This document shows, piece after piece, positions 1 to 8,757 of a stretch of 55,159 bases of DNA. The DNA lies in NCBI GenBank assembly GCA_020722805.1, contig DYKA01000001.1, forward strand, positions 1 through 55,159. The letters run 5' to 3'. The notes under the pieces were generated by a model, which saw only the letters and a program-made list of their open reading frames with translations, made no database searches and was not told the DNA's origin. The translations under genes were made by a program, and so were the position numbers. The DNA comes from Vermiphilus sp. (lineage in GTDB: Bacteria; Ratteibacteria; UBA8468; B48-G9; DTJG01). The stretch's first letter is position 1. The number at the start of each line of letters is the position of its first letter.

Positions 1-39
1 ACAGTTGGTTCCGGAGCAATCACTGAAATTATCGCCTGA
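1..39 (+). CDS. tuf: Elongation factor Tu, C-terminal fragment (gene begins upstream of the window)
   Basis: Frame 1 reads [12 protein letters not shown] then TGA (37-39), matching the conserved EF-Tu C-terminus. It sits 8 nt upstream of rpsJ, the canonical tuf-S10 junction. Confidence 0.6.
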   Translation, partial: TVGSGAITEIIA

Positions 40-47
40 GGAAATCT

Positions 48-359
48 ATGGAGAAAAAGAGAATAAGAATCAAATTAAGAAGTTTTGACCACAGAGTTCT
101 TGATGAATCAGTAAAACAGATTATTGAAATAGCGCAGGGTACTGGCGTCAGAATTATCGGTCCAATACCGCTTCCCACAAAAAAGCAGATCTACACCGTT
201 TTGAGGTCTCCTCATGTGAATAAGAAAAGCCGTGAACAATTTCAAATATGTACCCACAAAAGATTGATTGATATACTTGAACCAAGCACAAGAACTGTTG
301 ATGCATTGAGTCATTTGAATCTTCCTGCTGGTGTTGAAGTTGAAATGAAACTGGAGTGA
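48..359 (+). CDS. rpsJ: 30S ribosomal protein S10
   Basis: 103 aa with [14 protein letters not shown] and [23 protein letters not shown] motifs. First gene of an S10-operon gene order. Confidence 0.97.
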   Translation: MEKKRIRIKLRSFDHRVLDESVKQIIEIAQGTGVRIIGPIPLPTKKQIYTVLRSPHVNKKSREQFQICTHKRLIDILEPSTRTVDALSHLNLPAGVEVEMKLE

Positions 360-362
360 TTT

Positions 363-1007
363 ATGCAAATGGGGCTGCTGGGGAAAAAATTAGGTATGAC
401 GCAGATTATGGAAGAGAACGGAAATATTGTACCAGTTACAGTGCTTGAGGTTGGTCCGTGTTTTATAACACAGATAAAGACGAAAGATACCGATGGTTAT
501 TCAAGCATACAGATTGGGTACCAGGCAATTTCTGAAAAAAAGTCAAAAAAGCCAGTTACAGGACACTGCAAAAAGGCAAACCTGCCTCCTCTGAAATACC
601 TGAAAGAGGTCAGGATGGATGAAAGTGATATTTCGGGTTTTACTTCAGGACAGCAGATAGACATATCTGTTTTCAAAGAAGGTGAATACGTGGATATCTC
701 TGGAAGATCAAGAGGTAAAGGATTTCAGGGGGTTGTCAGGAGACATGGGTTTAAGGGAGGACCCGCGACAAGAGGGTCAATGCAGCACAGAAAACCTGGT
801 TCAATAGGCGGCGGTAATCCTCAAAGGGTTATAAAAGGAAGAAAAATGGCAGGTCATATGGGCAATGCGAATGTGAGCGTGCAGAACCTACAAATCTATA
901 AAATAATTCCTGAAAAAAATATCATGATGGTAAAGGGTGCTGTACCAGGCGGAGAAAATGGCCTTGTTTTTGTAAGATATGCAGTTAAGAAACAGAGGAC
1001 AAAATGA
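363..1007 (+). CDS. rplC: 50S ribosomal protein L3
   Basis: GLLGKKLGMTQI N-terminus and KGFQGVVRRHGF motif; correct operon position. Confidence 0.97.
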   Translation: MQMGLLGKKLGMTQIMEENGNIVPVTVLEVGPCFITQIKTKDTDGYSSIQIGYQAISEKKSKKPVTGHCKKANLPPLKYLKEVRMDESDISGFTSGQQIDISVFKEGEYVDISGRSRGKGFQGVVRRHGFKGGPATRGSMQHRKPGSIGGGNPQRVIKGRKMAGHMGNANVSVQNLQIYKIIPEKNIMMVKGAVPGGENGLVFVRYAVKKQRTK

Positions 1008-1654
1008 GGGAAATACCGGTTTACAATCTATCAGGCGAAAAGGTAGGGAGCGAAAACGTGCAGATAGATGACTTCCAGCCCAATATGGATGTCCTTCACA
1101 GGTATGTTGTTGCTTTTCTTGCAAATCAAAGACAGGGAAACGCATCAACCAAAACAAGAAGCGATGTATCAGGGTCTGGAAGGAAACCGTGGCGGCAGAA
1201 AGGTACTGGAAGGGCGAGGGTTGGTTCTATTAGAAGTCCTATCTGGAGGCACGGAGGAATCGTTTTTGGCCCAAAGAACAGGGACTACCATCAAAGCCTT
1301 CCAGAAAAAATGAAGAATGCTGCCTTGAAAGATTCTCTGAAAACAAGAATAGTTGAAGACAGGTTAATTCTGGTTAACATTTCAGATGACGAAATCAAAC
1401 AACCAAAGACAAAAATATTTTCCAGTTTCCTGAAAAAAATCGGGCTTTCAGAAAATAAAATTCTTGTTGTGCTCAACAAAAATTTTCAGAGCAGGAATGA
1501 ACTTGTAAAATGCATCAGAAACATAGAAAATGTCTCATATTGTTATGCTGAGCGGATAAATCCTTATATTGTATTAACCCACGACTGCATCATTGCCCAG
1601 TCAGAGGTTTTTCCATTCCTGACGAACATATGCTGCGGAGAAAGAAATGTTTGA
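1004..1654 (+). CDS. rplD: 50S ribosomal protein L4
   Basis: SGSGRKPWRQKGTGRARVGSIRSPIWRHGG motif. ATGA overlap with rplC. Confidence 0.95.
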   Translation: MREIPVYNLSGEKVGSENVQIDDFQPNMDVLHRYVVAFLANQRQGNASTKTRSDVSGSGRKPWRQKGTGRARVGSIRSPIWRHGGIVFGPKNRDYHQSLPEKMKNAALKDSLKTRIVEDRLILVNISDDEIKQPKTKIFSSFLKKIGLSENKILVVLNKNFQSRNELVKCIRNIENVSYCYAERINPYIVLTHDCIIAQSEVFPFLTNICCGERNV

Positions 1655-1928
1655 CCCGTACACAATAATAAAATATCCACTTGTGACAGAAAAGGCGACT
1701 GCCCTTGCGAGTGAAAATAAGTATCTATTTGCTGTTGCAAAAAATGTAAGAAAGAACCAGATTAAAATGGCGATTGAACAGATTTATAAGGTTTCGGTTG
1801 TTTCTGTTGCAATCATCAATATGCCTGGAAAAAAGAGAAAATATCGTATGTTTCATGAAGGATATAGACCATCCTATAAGAAAGCGATTGTAACATTGAA
1901 AGAAGGAGATAAAATTGCCGTTACGTAA
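1647..1928 (+). CDS. rplW: 50S ribosomal protein L23
   Basis: 93 aa with [11 protein letters not shown] start and KKAIVTL near the C-terminus; correct operon position. Confidence 0.95.
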   Translation: MFDPYTIIKYPLVTEKATALASENKYLFAVAKNVRKNQIKMAIEQIYKVSVVSVAIINMPGKKRKYRMFHEGYRPSYKKAIVTLKEGDKIAVT

Positions 1929-2733
1929 ACTGAAGCCGATTACCAATAGTCAGAGGCACGCGATACTTCCTGACTTTGAAGAAATAACAAGACAAAAGCC
2001 AGAAAAAAATCTTGTTTTCGGGAAGAAAAAAACAGGCGGAAGAAACAATACCGGACGGATAACTGTTCGACATCGCGGAGGCGGTCATAAAAAGAGATAC
2101 AGAATTATTGACTTCAAGGGAAGACCAGTTGAGGCGAAGGTTGTCAGTATAGAATATGACCCTAACAGAACCGCAAGAATAGCATTGATTCAATATGTTA
2201 ACGGTCAAAAGGCATATATTATTGCTCCTGCAGGTTTGAGTGTGGGTTCAAGAATTTCCTGCGGAGAAAATGCACTGATATTTCCAGGAAACAGACTGCC
2301 ACTATCAAGAATCCCGGAGGGAACAGACATTTGTAATATTGAACTTCAGCCCGGTAAAGGTGGACAGATTGTAAGGGCAGCAGGATGTTCTGCTATCCTT
2401 GTAACAAAGGGAGACCGATTTGCTTCTGTTAAACTTCCTTCCGGAGAGGTAAGGCTGGTTCCTCTTGCGTGTATGGCTACTGTGGGAAGAGTCAGCAATC
2501 CCGAGCACAAGTATGTTTCACTTGGCAAAGCTGGAAGGACCAGGTGGCTTGGAATAAGACCCACTGTAAGAGGTATTGCGATGAACCCTGTAGATCATCC
2601 TCATGGAGGCGGTGAGGGAAGAGGCAAGGGCAATATATCTCAAACACCATGGGGAAAACCCACAAAAGGATACAAGACACGCAATCCTGAGAAATATTCA
2701 AACAAATTTATTGTTCAGAAGAGAAAAAAATAG
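1915..2733 (+). CDS. rplB: 50S ribosomal protein L2
   Basis: [26 protein letters not shown] and HPHGGGEGR motifs. TTG start 6 nt after AAGGAG (1903-1908). Confidence 0.97.
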   Translation: MPLRKLKPITNSQRHAILPDFEEITRQKPEKNLVFGKKKTGGRNNTGRITVRHRGGGHKKRYRIIDFKGRPVEAKVVSIEYDPNRTARIALIQYVNGQKAYIIAPAGLSVGSRISCGENALIFPGNRLPLSRIPEGTDICNIELQPGKGGQIVRAAGCSAILVTKGDRFASVKLPSGEVRLVPLACMATVGRVSNPEHKYVSLGKAGRTRWLGIRPTVRGIAMNPVDHPHGGGEGRGKGNISQTPWGKPTKGYKTRNPEKYSNKFIVQKRKK

Positions 2734-2744
2734 GAGTGTAAGAA

Positions 2745-3026
2745 ATGAGATCCCTGAAAAAAGGACCTTTTGTTGACAAGATTTTACTGGAAAAGATTGA
2801 GAAGATGAAAGATAAAGGAAGAAAGGAATCAATCAAAACATGGTCAAGACGTTCAACAATAATTCCTGAATTTGTGGGGCATACATTTGCCGTTCACAAT
2901 GGAAGAACATTTATCAATGTCTATATAACGGAAAACATGGTTGGGCACAAACTTGGTGAGTTTGCACCAACAAGAATATTCCACGGGCATGGCGCACACA
3001 CTGAAAGAACTATGGAGAAGACCTGA
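2745..3026 (+). CDS. rpsS: 30S ribosomal protein S19
   Basis: [10 protein letters not shown] and [12 protein letters not shown]...[13 protein letters not shown] motifs. Confidence 0.97.
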   Translation: MRSLKKGPFVDKILLEKIEKMKDKGRKESIKTWSRRSTIIPEFVGHTFAVHNGRTFINVYITENMVGHKLGEFAPTRIFHGHGAHTERTMEKT

Positions 3027-3415
3027 TGGAAGTAATTGCGAAAGCAAAATTTGTAAGAATAAGTTGCAGAAAACTAAGATATCTGAGACCGATTGTCATC
3101 AATCAGGAAGCAGAATTTGCAATGAAGGCACTTCAAAATGTGCCGAATAAAGGAGCACTTATTATTAGAAAACTTATAAAATCTGCTCTTTCAAATGCAG
3201 AGCAGAAAAACCCTGAGCAAAAATCGTGGTATATAAAGAATCTCCTGATAGATGAGGGCCCAAGAATGAAAAGACTGCGCTCTGCGCCTATGGGAAGAGC
3301 TGTTATAATTCAACGAAAACTTTCTCATCTTAAAGTGATTCTGGAGGAACTTCCAGAAACTCAGGTTATTAAAAGGAAGGCACATGGGACAAAAGGTAAA
3401 TCCGATAGGACTTAG
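3026..3415 (+). CDS. rplV: 50S ribosomal protein L22
   Basis: 129 aa with AKAKFVRISCRKLR start, between S19 and S3. Basic C-terminal tail overlaps rpsC by 32 nt. Confidence 0.94.
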   Translation: MEVIAKAKFVRISCRKLRYLRPIVINQEAEFAMKALQNVPNKGALIIRKLIKSALSNAEQKNPEQKSWYIKNLLIDEGPRMKRLRSAPMGRAVIIQRKLSHLKVILEELPETQVIKRKAHGTKGKSDRT

Positions 3416-4160
3416 ACTCGGTATTACAGAAAGATGGCGGTCTTTCTGGTTTGCAAACGACAGGGATTTTAAGGATTTCCTTAGAGAAGATGTTAATATG
3501 AGGAGATACCTTTTTCAGAGGTTTCCTCGTGGTTCTGTGACGAGAATTGACATTGAAAAAATTGCCGAAAAAATAACAGTAAATCTATACAGCCCGCGGC
3601 CCGGAGTGGTTTTTGGCAGGAAGGGTGCAGAGATTAAGTCTCTGAAGGATGAACTCCACGAGAAAATGAAGAAACATCTCGTGGACGTTGATGTTAAAGA
3701 AATAAAGAATCCGGGTCAGGATGCACAGTTTATTGCAGACAGTATTGCAATGCAGCTTGAACGCAGGGTTCCTCACAGAATCGCGGTCAAAAAAGCAATG
3801 GCTTTGAGTTTGCAGTCAGGTGCTCTTGGAATAAAGGTCAGGGTTGGTGGGCGACTTGGAGGGGCAGAAATTTCAAGGTCAGAGCTTTATATCAAGGGAA
3901 AGGTCCCCCTCCACACTTTGCGCGCAAGAATAAGTTATGCAACTTCAACAGCGATAACAAAATTTGGATGTATTGGTGTGAAGGTGTGGATTTTTCTTGG
4001 TGAAGTTTTTGACGGACAGGAACAGACCGGCCAGGATATTTCTGGTCAGCCGTTAAGTATAGAAGTGTCCCATCCTGCAGAGGAAATCAGGACTTCAAGG
4101 AGAGGTAAAAATGCCATTAATGCCAAAAAGGGTAAAGTACAGAAAGGTGCAGAAAGGTAG
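3384..4160 (+). CDS. rpsC: 30S ribosomal protein S3 (with a C-terminal extension)
   Basis: [14 protein letters not shown] start, KH-domain region and [10 protein letters not shown] motif. At 258 aa it has a charged C-terminal tail that overlaps rplP by 50 nt. Confidence 0.96.
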   Translation: MGQKVNPIGLRLGITERWRSFWFANDRDFKDFLREDVNMRRYLFQRFPRGSVTRIDIEKIAEKITVNLYSPRPGVVFGRKGAEIKSLKDELHEKMKKHLVDVDVKEIKNPGQDAQFIADSIAMQLERRVPHRIAVKKAMALSLQSGALGIKVRVGGRLGGAEISRSELYIKGKVPLHTLRARISYATSTAITKFGCIGVKVWIFLGEVFDGQEQTGQDISGQPLSIEVSHPAEEIRTSRRGKNAINAKKGKVQKGAER

Positions 4161-4527
4161 GACAAAAGGCAAAGCAAGTCGGGGCGCAACAATTTATTTT
4201 GGCGACTTTGGATTACAGGTTTTGCAGCCGGGGCGGCTGAAAAACAACCAGATTGAAGCAGCCCGTATAGCGATTACACACTATCTTAAATCAAAGGGTA
4301 AACTCTGGATTCGCATATTTCCTGACAGACCCTTTACAAAAAAACCTGCTGAAACACGAATGGGCAAGGGAAAAGGGGATGTTGCTGGATGGGAAGCAAT
4401 TGTTTTACCTGGAAGAATTGTATTTGAGATAGCAGGGGTTTCCGCTGATGTTGCAACAGAAGCGCTGCGTCTTGCTTCTTACAAACTACCTGTTGAAACA
4501 AGAATAGTGAAACGGGAAGGCCAATGA
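4111..4527 (+). CDS. rplP: 50S ribosomal protein L16
   Basis: [17 protein letters not shown] start and ETRMGKGKG motif. SD GGAGAGG lies upstream. Confidence 0.97.
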   Translation: MPLMPKRVKYRKVQKGRTKGKASRGATIYFGDFGLQVLQPGRLKNNQIEAARIAITHYLKSKGKLWIRIFPDRPFTKKPAETRMGKGKGDVAGWEAIVLPGRIVFEIAGVSADVATEALRLASYKLPVETRIVKREGQ

Positions 4528-4751
4528 AAAAACAAGATTTTGATGGATTGAAGGATTTGACTGTTCAGGAACTTGAACAAAAAAGAATTGAGATTGCAAG
4601 ACGTCTTTTTGAACAGAGGGTTCAGGTGCGACTGGGGCAGGTCAAGAACGTGCGCTTACTGCGAAATCTTCGTAAGGACATAGCACAGGTGAATACCCTG
4701 ATTCAACAGAAAAGGACAAAAAATCAAAGAGGTGAGAATGGTTCAAGGTAA
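4524..4751 (+). CDS. rpmC: 50S ribosomal protein L29
   Basis: 75 aa helical protein with L.ELEQK and [13 protein letters not shown] motifs, between L16 and S17. Confidence 0.9.
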   Translation: MKKQDFDGLKDLTVQELEQKRIEIARRLFEQRVQVRLGQVKNVRLLRNLRKDIAQVNTLIQQKRTKNQRGENGSR

Positions 4752-5049
4752 TAATCAAAAAAACAAAATCAGAAAGAAGGGTCTGGTTGTAAGCGACAGG
4801 ATGGATAAGACCCGTGTTGTTCTTGTTGATACATTAACCAGGCATCCGGTATATTTGAAGGTTATTCGCAAAAAAAGAAAATTTTATGCTCATGATGAAA
4901 CGAATATGAGCAGAAGTGGAGATATCGTTTTAATCAGGCAGTGCAGGCCTTTAAGCAAAATGAAAAGATGGAAGGTGATTGAGGTGGTAAAAAAGGCAAC
5001 GGTTAAGGATAAAGGAGTTCCAAATGGTGCAGTTGAGAACAATACTTGA
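4732..5049 (+). CDS. rpsQ: 30S ribosomal protein S17
   Basis: [16 protein letters not shown] and HDE.N....GD.V.I..CRPLSK motifs. The start is either GTG 4732 or ATG 4738. Confidence 0.93.
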   Translation: MRMVQGNNQKNKIRKKGLVVSDRMDKTRVVLVDTLTRHPVYLKVIRKKRKFYAHDETNMSRSGDIVLIRQCRPLSKMKRWKVIEVVKKATVKDKGVPNGAVENNT

Positions 5050-5392
5050 AGTTGTTGACAATACTGGTGCAAGAAAGATAAGTGTTATCGGAATTCTTGG
5101 CCATTCTAAAAGAAGATGTGCAAAGGTGGGAGATATCATAAAGGCAAATGTTAAGGACGCGCTGCCGGATGGGGTTGTTAAAAAAAAGGAAGTTGTGAAG
5201 GCAGTAATAGTCAGAACAAAGGCGCCGATAAGACGGCCTGACGGTTCTTATCTCAGGTTTGACAGGAATTGTGCGGTTATAATAGATGATGACCTTAATC
5301 CAAGAGGCACAAGGGTTTTTGGGCCAGTACCCCGTGAATTGAGAGATGCAAAATTCATGAAAATTATTTCGCTGGCTCCGGAGGTATTGTAA
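5024..5392 (+). CDS. rplN: 50S ribosomal protein L14
   Basis: 122 aa with [20 protein letters not shown] and IRF..NA.V motifs. AAGGAG SD upstream. Confidence 0.97.
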   Translation: MVQLRTILEVVDNTGARKISVIGILGHSKRRCAKVGDIIKANVKDALPDGVVKKKEVVKAVIVRTKAPIRRPDGSYLRFDRNCAVIIDDDLNPRGTRVFGPVPRELRDAKFMKIISLAPEVL

Positions 5393-5393
5393 G

Positions 5394-5717
5394 ATGGGAT
5401 GTCTGATAAGAAAAAATGATTTTGTGGTTGTTATCAAAGGCAAAGACGTTGGTAAGAAAGGCAGGGTGATAAGGGTATTCCCTGATGAAAAAAGGGTGCT
5501 TGTTGAAGGGGTAAACTTTGTCAAGAAGGCAACAAGACCGAAAAAACTTGACAGGCAGGGTGGTATTGTAACGATGGAAAAGCCCATTTCAATAAGCAAT
5601 GTGCAGCTTTTCTGTATGAAGTGTTCAAAAAGGACAAGACCCGGAATAAGAATAATGGACGATGGTTCAAAGGCACGCTACTGTAAAAAATGCGGCGAGC
5701 TGGTGGAGGTAAAGTAA
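5394..5717 (+). CDS. rplX: 50S ribosomal protein L24 (Cys4 zinc-ribbon form)
   Basis: KOW motif NDFVVVIKGKDVGKKGRV. C-terminal CMKC...CKKC, as in the Thermus-type zinc-binding L24. Confidence 0.95.
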   Translation: MGCLIRKNDFVVVIKGKDVGKKGRVIRVFPDEKRVLVEGVNFVKKATRPKKLDRQGGIVTMEKPISISNVQLFCMKCSKRTRPGIRIMDDGSKARYCKKCGELVEVK

Positions 5718-6262
5718 TGGAAGCAAGATTGAAAAAGTTTTATAAAGAGAATGTTATACCTGCGATGATGGAGAGGTTCAAGTTTAAGAACAGGTTGCAG
5801 GTACCTCGCATTCAGAAGATTGTCATAAATGCTGGTGTTGGCAAGGATAACAAAGATGCCAAGGCCATTGAATCGGTTCAGAAGGAAATATCGCTAATTT
5901 CAGGGCAGAAGCCTGTTATCACACGAGGAAAGAAATCAATCTCTGCGTTCAGTTTGCGCAAGGGCGATATATGCGGTGTTATGGTAACCCTAAGGGGTGA
6001 AAGAATGTATGAATTCCTTGACCGGATGATAACAGCAGCCTTGCCGAGAGTAAAAGATTTTAGCGGCCTCAGTGCTGATTCTTTTGACCAGCACTCTTCG
6101 TACACCATCGGAATAAAAGAGCAGGTTATTTTTCCGGAGGTTGACTATAACACAATATATAAGATTCGTGGTATGAACATTACCATATGCACAAACGCAA
6201 AAAAGGTTGAGCACGCAAGGGAACTATTGAAGCTGATTGGACTGCCTATAAAGGAGGGATAG
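5717..6262 (+). CDS. rplE: 50S ribosomal protein L5
   Basis: [21 protein letters not shown] start matches the L5 N-terminus. I placed the start at ATG 5717, which overlaps the rplX stop by 1 nt. The track ORF starts 27 nt earlier. Confidence 0.96.
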   Translation: MEARLKKFYKENVIPAMMERFKFKNRLQVPRIQKIVINAGVGKDNKDAKAIESVQKEISLISGQKPVITRGKKSISAFSLRKGDICGVMVTLRGERMYEFLDRMITAALPRVKDFSGLSADSFDQHSSYTIGIKEQVIFPEVDYNTIYKIRGMNITICTNAKKVEHARELLKLIGLPIKEG

Positions 6263-6264
6263 AT

Positions 6265-6450
6265 TTGGCTCGGAAATGTTTTTTTGAAAAAATGAAGAAA
6301 GAACCAAAGTTCAAGGTGAGAAAAAGAAATCGCTGCTGGAGATGCGGAAGACCCAGAGGATACCTCAGGAAGTTCGGGCTCTGCCGTGTTTGTTTCAGAC
6401 AACTTGCATCCCAGGGTGAAATCCCCGGGGTAGTGAAAGCCAGCTGGTAA
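6265..6450 (+). CDS. rpsN: 30S ribosomal protein S14, short zinc-binding type Z
   Basis: 61 aa with [22 protein letters not shown] (CxxC-x12-CxxC). Confidence 0.95.
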   Translation: MARKCFFEKMKKEPKFKVRKRNRCWRCGRPRGYLRKFGLCRVCFRQLASQGEIPGVVKASW

Positions 6451-6459
6451 GGGGGAACA

Positions 6460-6855
6460 ATGGTTATGTCAGACCCAGTTGCAGATATGATTGTGAGGTT
6501 GAAAAATGCCAATCTTGTTCTTAAACCGTACTCGGATGTGCCGTGGTCTAAAATGAAGGAGAACATACTCAGGGTACTTAAGGAAGAGAATTACATCAAG
6601 GATTGGGAAATAATTGAAGATAATGGAAAAAAGATATTGCGAGTTCATCTTCTTTATTCAAACAGGAAACCCGCAATACTTAAGGTCCGCAAAATAAGTA
6701 AACCAGGGCAGAGAATTTACATATCGGTTGAAGGAATTACGAAGCGGAAACAAGATTCAGGTGTCGCGGTGCTCAGCACATCAAAAGGTATACTGAGCAG
6801 CCGCAGGGCGGCTGAGTTAAGAGTCGGCGGAGAACTTTTATTTCACATATGGTAG
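6460..6855 (+). CDS. rpsH: 30S ribosomal protein S8
   Basis: MSDPVADMIVRLKNA N-terminus and GGELLFHIW C-terminus. Confidence 0.96.
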   Translation: MVMSDPVADMIVRLKNANLVLKPYSDVPWSKMKENILRVLKEENYIKDWEIIEDNGKKILRVHLLYSNRKPAILKVRKISKPGQRIYISVEGITKRKQDSGVAVLSTSKGILSSRRAAELRVGGELLFHIW

Positions 6856-6864
6856 GTGAACGTT

Positions 6865-7437
6865 ATGGGACGATTGGGGAAAAAATTTGTTGAAATACCT
6901 GATAAGGTAAAGGTTTCAATAAAGGATGGGGTCATTTTTATAGAAGGACCAAAGGGAAAAATCGCCCAGAGGATCTTTGACAATCTTCAGGTAGTTGTTC
7001 AGGATAAAAAAATTCAGGTGATAAACACGATTCAGGAAATCCCGAGATTCAGAAGATTGTTCAGGAAAACAGATGCACTTCAGGGACTTTTGAGGACATT
7101 GATCATTAACAAAATCAAAGGTGTTACGGCTGGTTATGAAAAGATTCTTGAAATACACGGTGTCGGATTCAAGGCTGAAGTAAAAGGCAGAAAACTTATA
7201 CTGAACCTTGGTTTTACACATCCTGTGGAGGTTGATATACCAGAAGCCTTGACTGCACAGATTGAAAAAAACACTGTGATAAAACTTTCATCATACGATA
7301 AGGAACTTCTTGGAAATTATGCTGCAAAGATCAGGGATGTTTTCCCACCAGAGTCATATAAAGGCAAGGGAATCAGATATGCTGGTGAATATGTAAGGCA
7401 TAAAGTTGGAAAGGCAGCCGTTGGCGCTCAGAAATAA
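6865..7437 (+). CDS. rplF: 50S ribosomal protein L6
   Basis: MGRLGKKFVEIP start matches the L6 N-terminus. I prefer ATG 6865, 6 nt after AGGTG, over the track's GTG 6856. Confidence 0.95.
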   Translation: MGRLGKKFVEIPDKVKVSIKDGVIFIEGPKGKIAQRIFDNLQVVVQDKKIQVINTIQEIPRFRRLFRKTDALQGLLRTLIINKIKGVTAGYEKILEIHGVGFKAEVKGRKLILNLGFTHPVEVDIPEALTAQIEKNTVIKLSSYDKELLGNYAAKIRDVFPPESYKGKGIRYAGEYVRHKVGKAAVGAQK

Positions 7438-7449
7438 AGGAGTTTTTAT

Positions 7450-7827
7450 ATGAAACGGAATGCGGAAACAAAAAGAAAGATCAGGCACGCTCGTGTAAGG
7501 AAAAAGGTGAAAGGAAATGCAGAACGACCGAGACTTGTTATTTATAGAAGTTTGAAACACATCTATGGTTCTCTTGTTATTGATGATGTTCGGCCAAACA
7601 AAGTAATATTGACATTTTCTTCATTGTCAAAACAATTCAGAAACTCCGCGAAACCAGATGAAAAAGGTGGAAATGTGAAGGGTGCCTTTCTTGCAGGTAA
7701 ACTGCTTGCAGAAAATGCAAGAAAGATGGACATAAAGGATGTTGTCTTTGACAGGGGTGGATACCGTTATGGTGGTCGAGTCAAGGCGTTTGCAGATGGT
7801 GCACGACAAGGAGGTCTACAATTTTAG
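7450..7827 (+). CDS. rplR: 50S ribosomal protein L18
   Basis: RHARVRKKVKG..ERPRLVIYRSLKHIY and DRGGYRYGGRVKAFADGAR.GGL.F motifs. Confidence 0.95.
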   Translation: MKRNAETKRKIRHARVRKKVKGNAERPRLVIYRSLKHIYGSLVIDDVRPNKVILTFSSLSKQFRNSAKPDEKGGNVKGAFLAGKLLAENARKMDIKDVVFDRGGYRYGGRVKAFADGARQGGLQF

Positions 7828-8327
7828 TCGGTGACGAACTCATTCATCAGATTGACCAGGAAGGCGCGACAGAAGAAAAGGAACTTGTGATTGAAATCCG
7901 CAGGGTTATGAAGGTGACAAAAGGTGGAAAGCGTCTGAAATTTCGTGCAATAATTGTCTGCGGAAATCAAAACGGAGAAGGCGGGTTCGGCGTTGGCAAG
8001 GCATCTGAAGTTCCTGAGGCAATTCGGAAGGCGCGTGAAAAAGCAAACAAAAACAGGATACATGTTTCTCTCAAGGGTACAACAATAGCAAACTCTGTTG
8101 ATGCCAAATATGATGCGTCCCATGTAATCCTTAAACCAGCGCCAAGAGGGCACGGACTTGTTGCTGGAAAGACAATGAGAGCATTTCTTGAGGTTTTTGG
8201 TATCAGGGATGCTGTTTGTAAGGTGATAGGTTCAACAAATGCGATAAATGTTCTTAATGCCACATACAAAGCACTGAAATTTCTGGAGTCAAAGGAGAAG
8301 AAAAGTGTTGAAAATCCACAATCTTAA
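7821..8327 (+). CDS. rpsE: 30S ribosomal protein S5 (probable AUU start; the minimal ORF begins at GTG 7887)
   Basis: IRRVMKVTKGGKRLKF and GFGVGKA motifs. The frame is open upstream to 7752. ATT 7821 lies 6 nt after a perfect AAGGAGG (7808-7814) and gives a normal 168 aa S5. GTG 7887 would give a truncated 146 aa protein. Confidence 0.9.
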   Translation: MLVGDELIHQIDQEGATEEKELVIEIRRVMKVTKGGKRLKFRAIIVCGNQNGEGGFGVGKASEVPEAIRKAREKANKNRIHVSLKGTTIANSVDAKYDASHVILKPAPRGHGLVAGKTMRAFLEVFGIRDAVCKVIGSTNAINVLNATYKALKFLESKEKKSVENPQS

Positions 8328-8757
8328 ACCGAGCACCGGGAGCAAACACAGAAAAAAAATCCTCGGAAGGGGTGAGAGTTCGGGACATGGTGGTCAATCA
8401 ACCCGTGGAAACAAGGGACATAAAGCGCGCTCAGGTTTTCACCTTGCAGGCAATTTTGAAGGCGGGCAGATGCCTCTTGTGCGGAGAATTCCAAAAAGGG
8501 GTTTTAATCATCCTGAAAAAATCAGGGTCAGAACTGTAAACATCAGTCAGATAAACAGCAGGTTTAGCGCCGGGGAAACTGTTTCACCAGAAACACTTGC
8601 AAAAAAGGGCATCATAAAAAATCAGAATTGTTTTGTTAAGATTCTTGGTGAAGGAAAACTTGATAAGGTTCTTGATGTTTGCGCCAATACTTTTTCAGAG
8701 AAAGCAAAAAGTTTGATAGAAAAAGCAGGAGGCAAAATTACCGTTCTCAAAAAATGA
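8305..8757 (+). CDS. rplO: 50S ribosomal protein L15
   Basis: L.NLKPSTGSKHRKKILGRGESSGHGGQSTRGNKGHKARSG motif. It overlaps rpsE by 23 nt, so there is no room for L30. Confidence 0.95.
   Translation: MLKIHNLKPSTGSKHRKKILGRGESSGHGGQSTRGNKGHKARSGFHLAGNFEGGQMPLVRRIPKRGFNHPEKIRVRTVNISQINSRFSAGETVSPETLAKKGIIKNQNCFVKILGEGKLDKVLDVCANTFSEKAKSLIEKAGGKITVLKK

Noticed and set aside
4111-4160. Possible frameshift or pseudogene at the 50-nt S3/L16 overlap.
   Set aside because: Both proteins are full length with intact conserved cores. L16 has its own SD and canonical N-terminus. The overlap is explained by a non-conserved S3 tail.
5003-5599. 198-aa ORF on the minus strand, antisense to rplN/rplX. Similar long antisense ORFs occur at 10154-10807, 11001-11579, 21099-21560, 24449-24916, 34124-34555, 45026-45487 and 50523-51014.
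   Set aside because: Each lies wholly inside a strongly supported conserved gene on the opposite strand. Their translations are low-complexity with no recognisable motifs, and they have no SD or promoter. They are shadow ORFs.
8679-8753. N-terminal extensions in the ORF track: secY from 8679, rplE from 5690, rpsD from 12617, purD from 15909, pyrK to 27373, uppP to 28083, ugd from 37449, GT-C from 30468 and the methyltransferase from 35548.
   Set aside because: The extensions overlap the preceding gene and do not resemble the family N-termini. An internal ATG at the conserved N-terminus, often forming an ATGA or 1-nt overlap with the upstream stop, is the better start.
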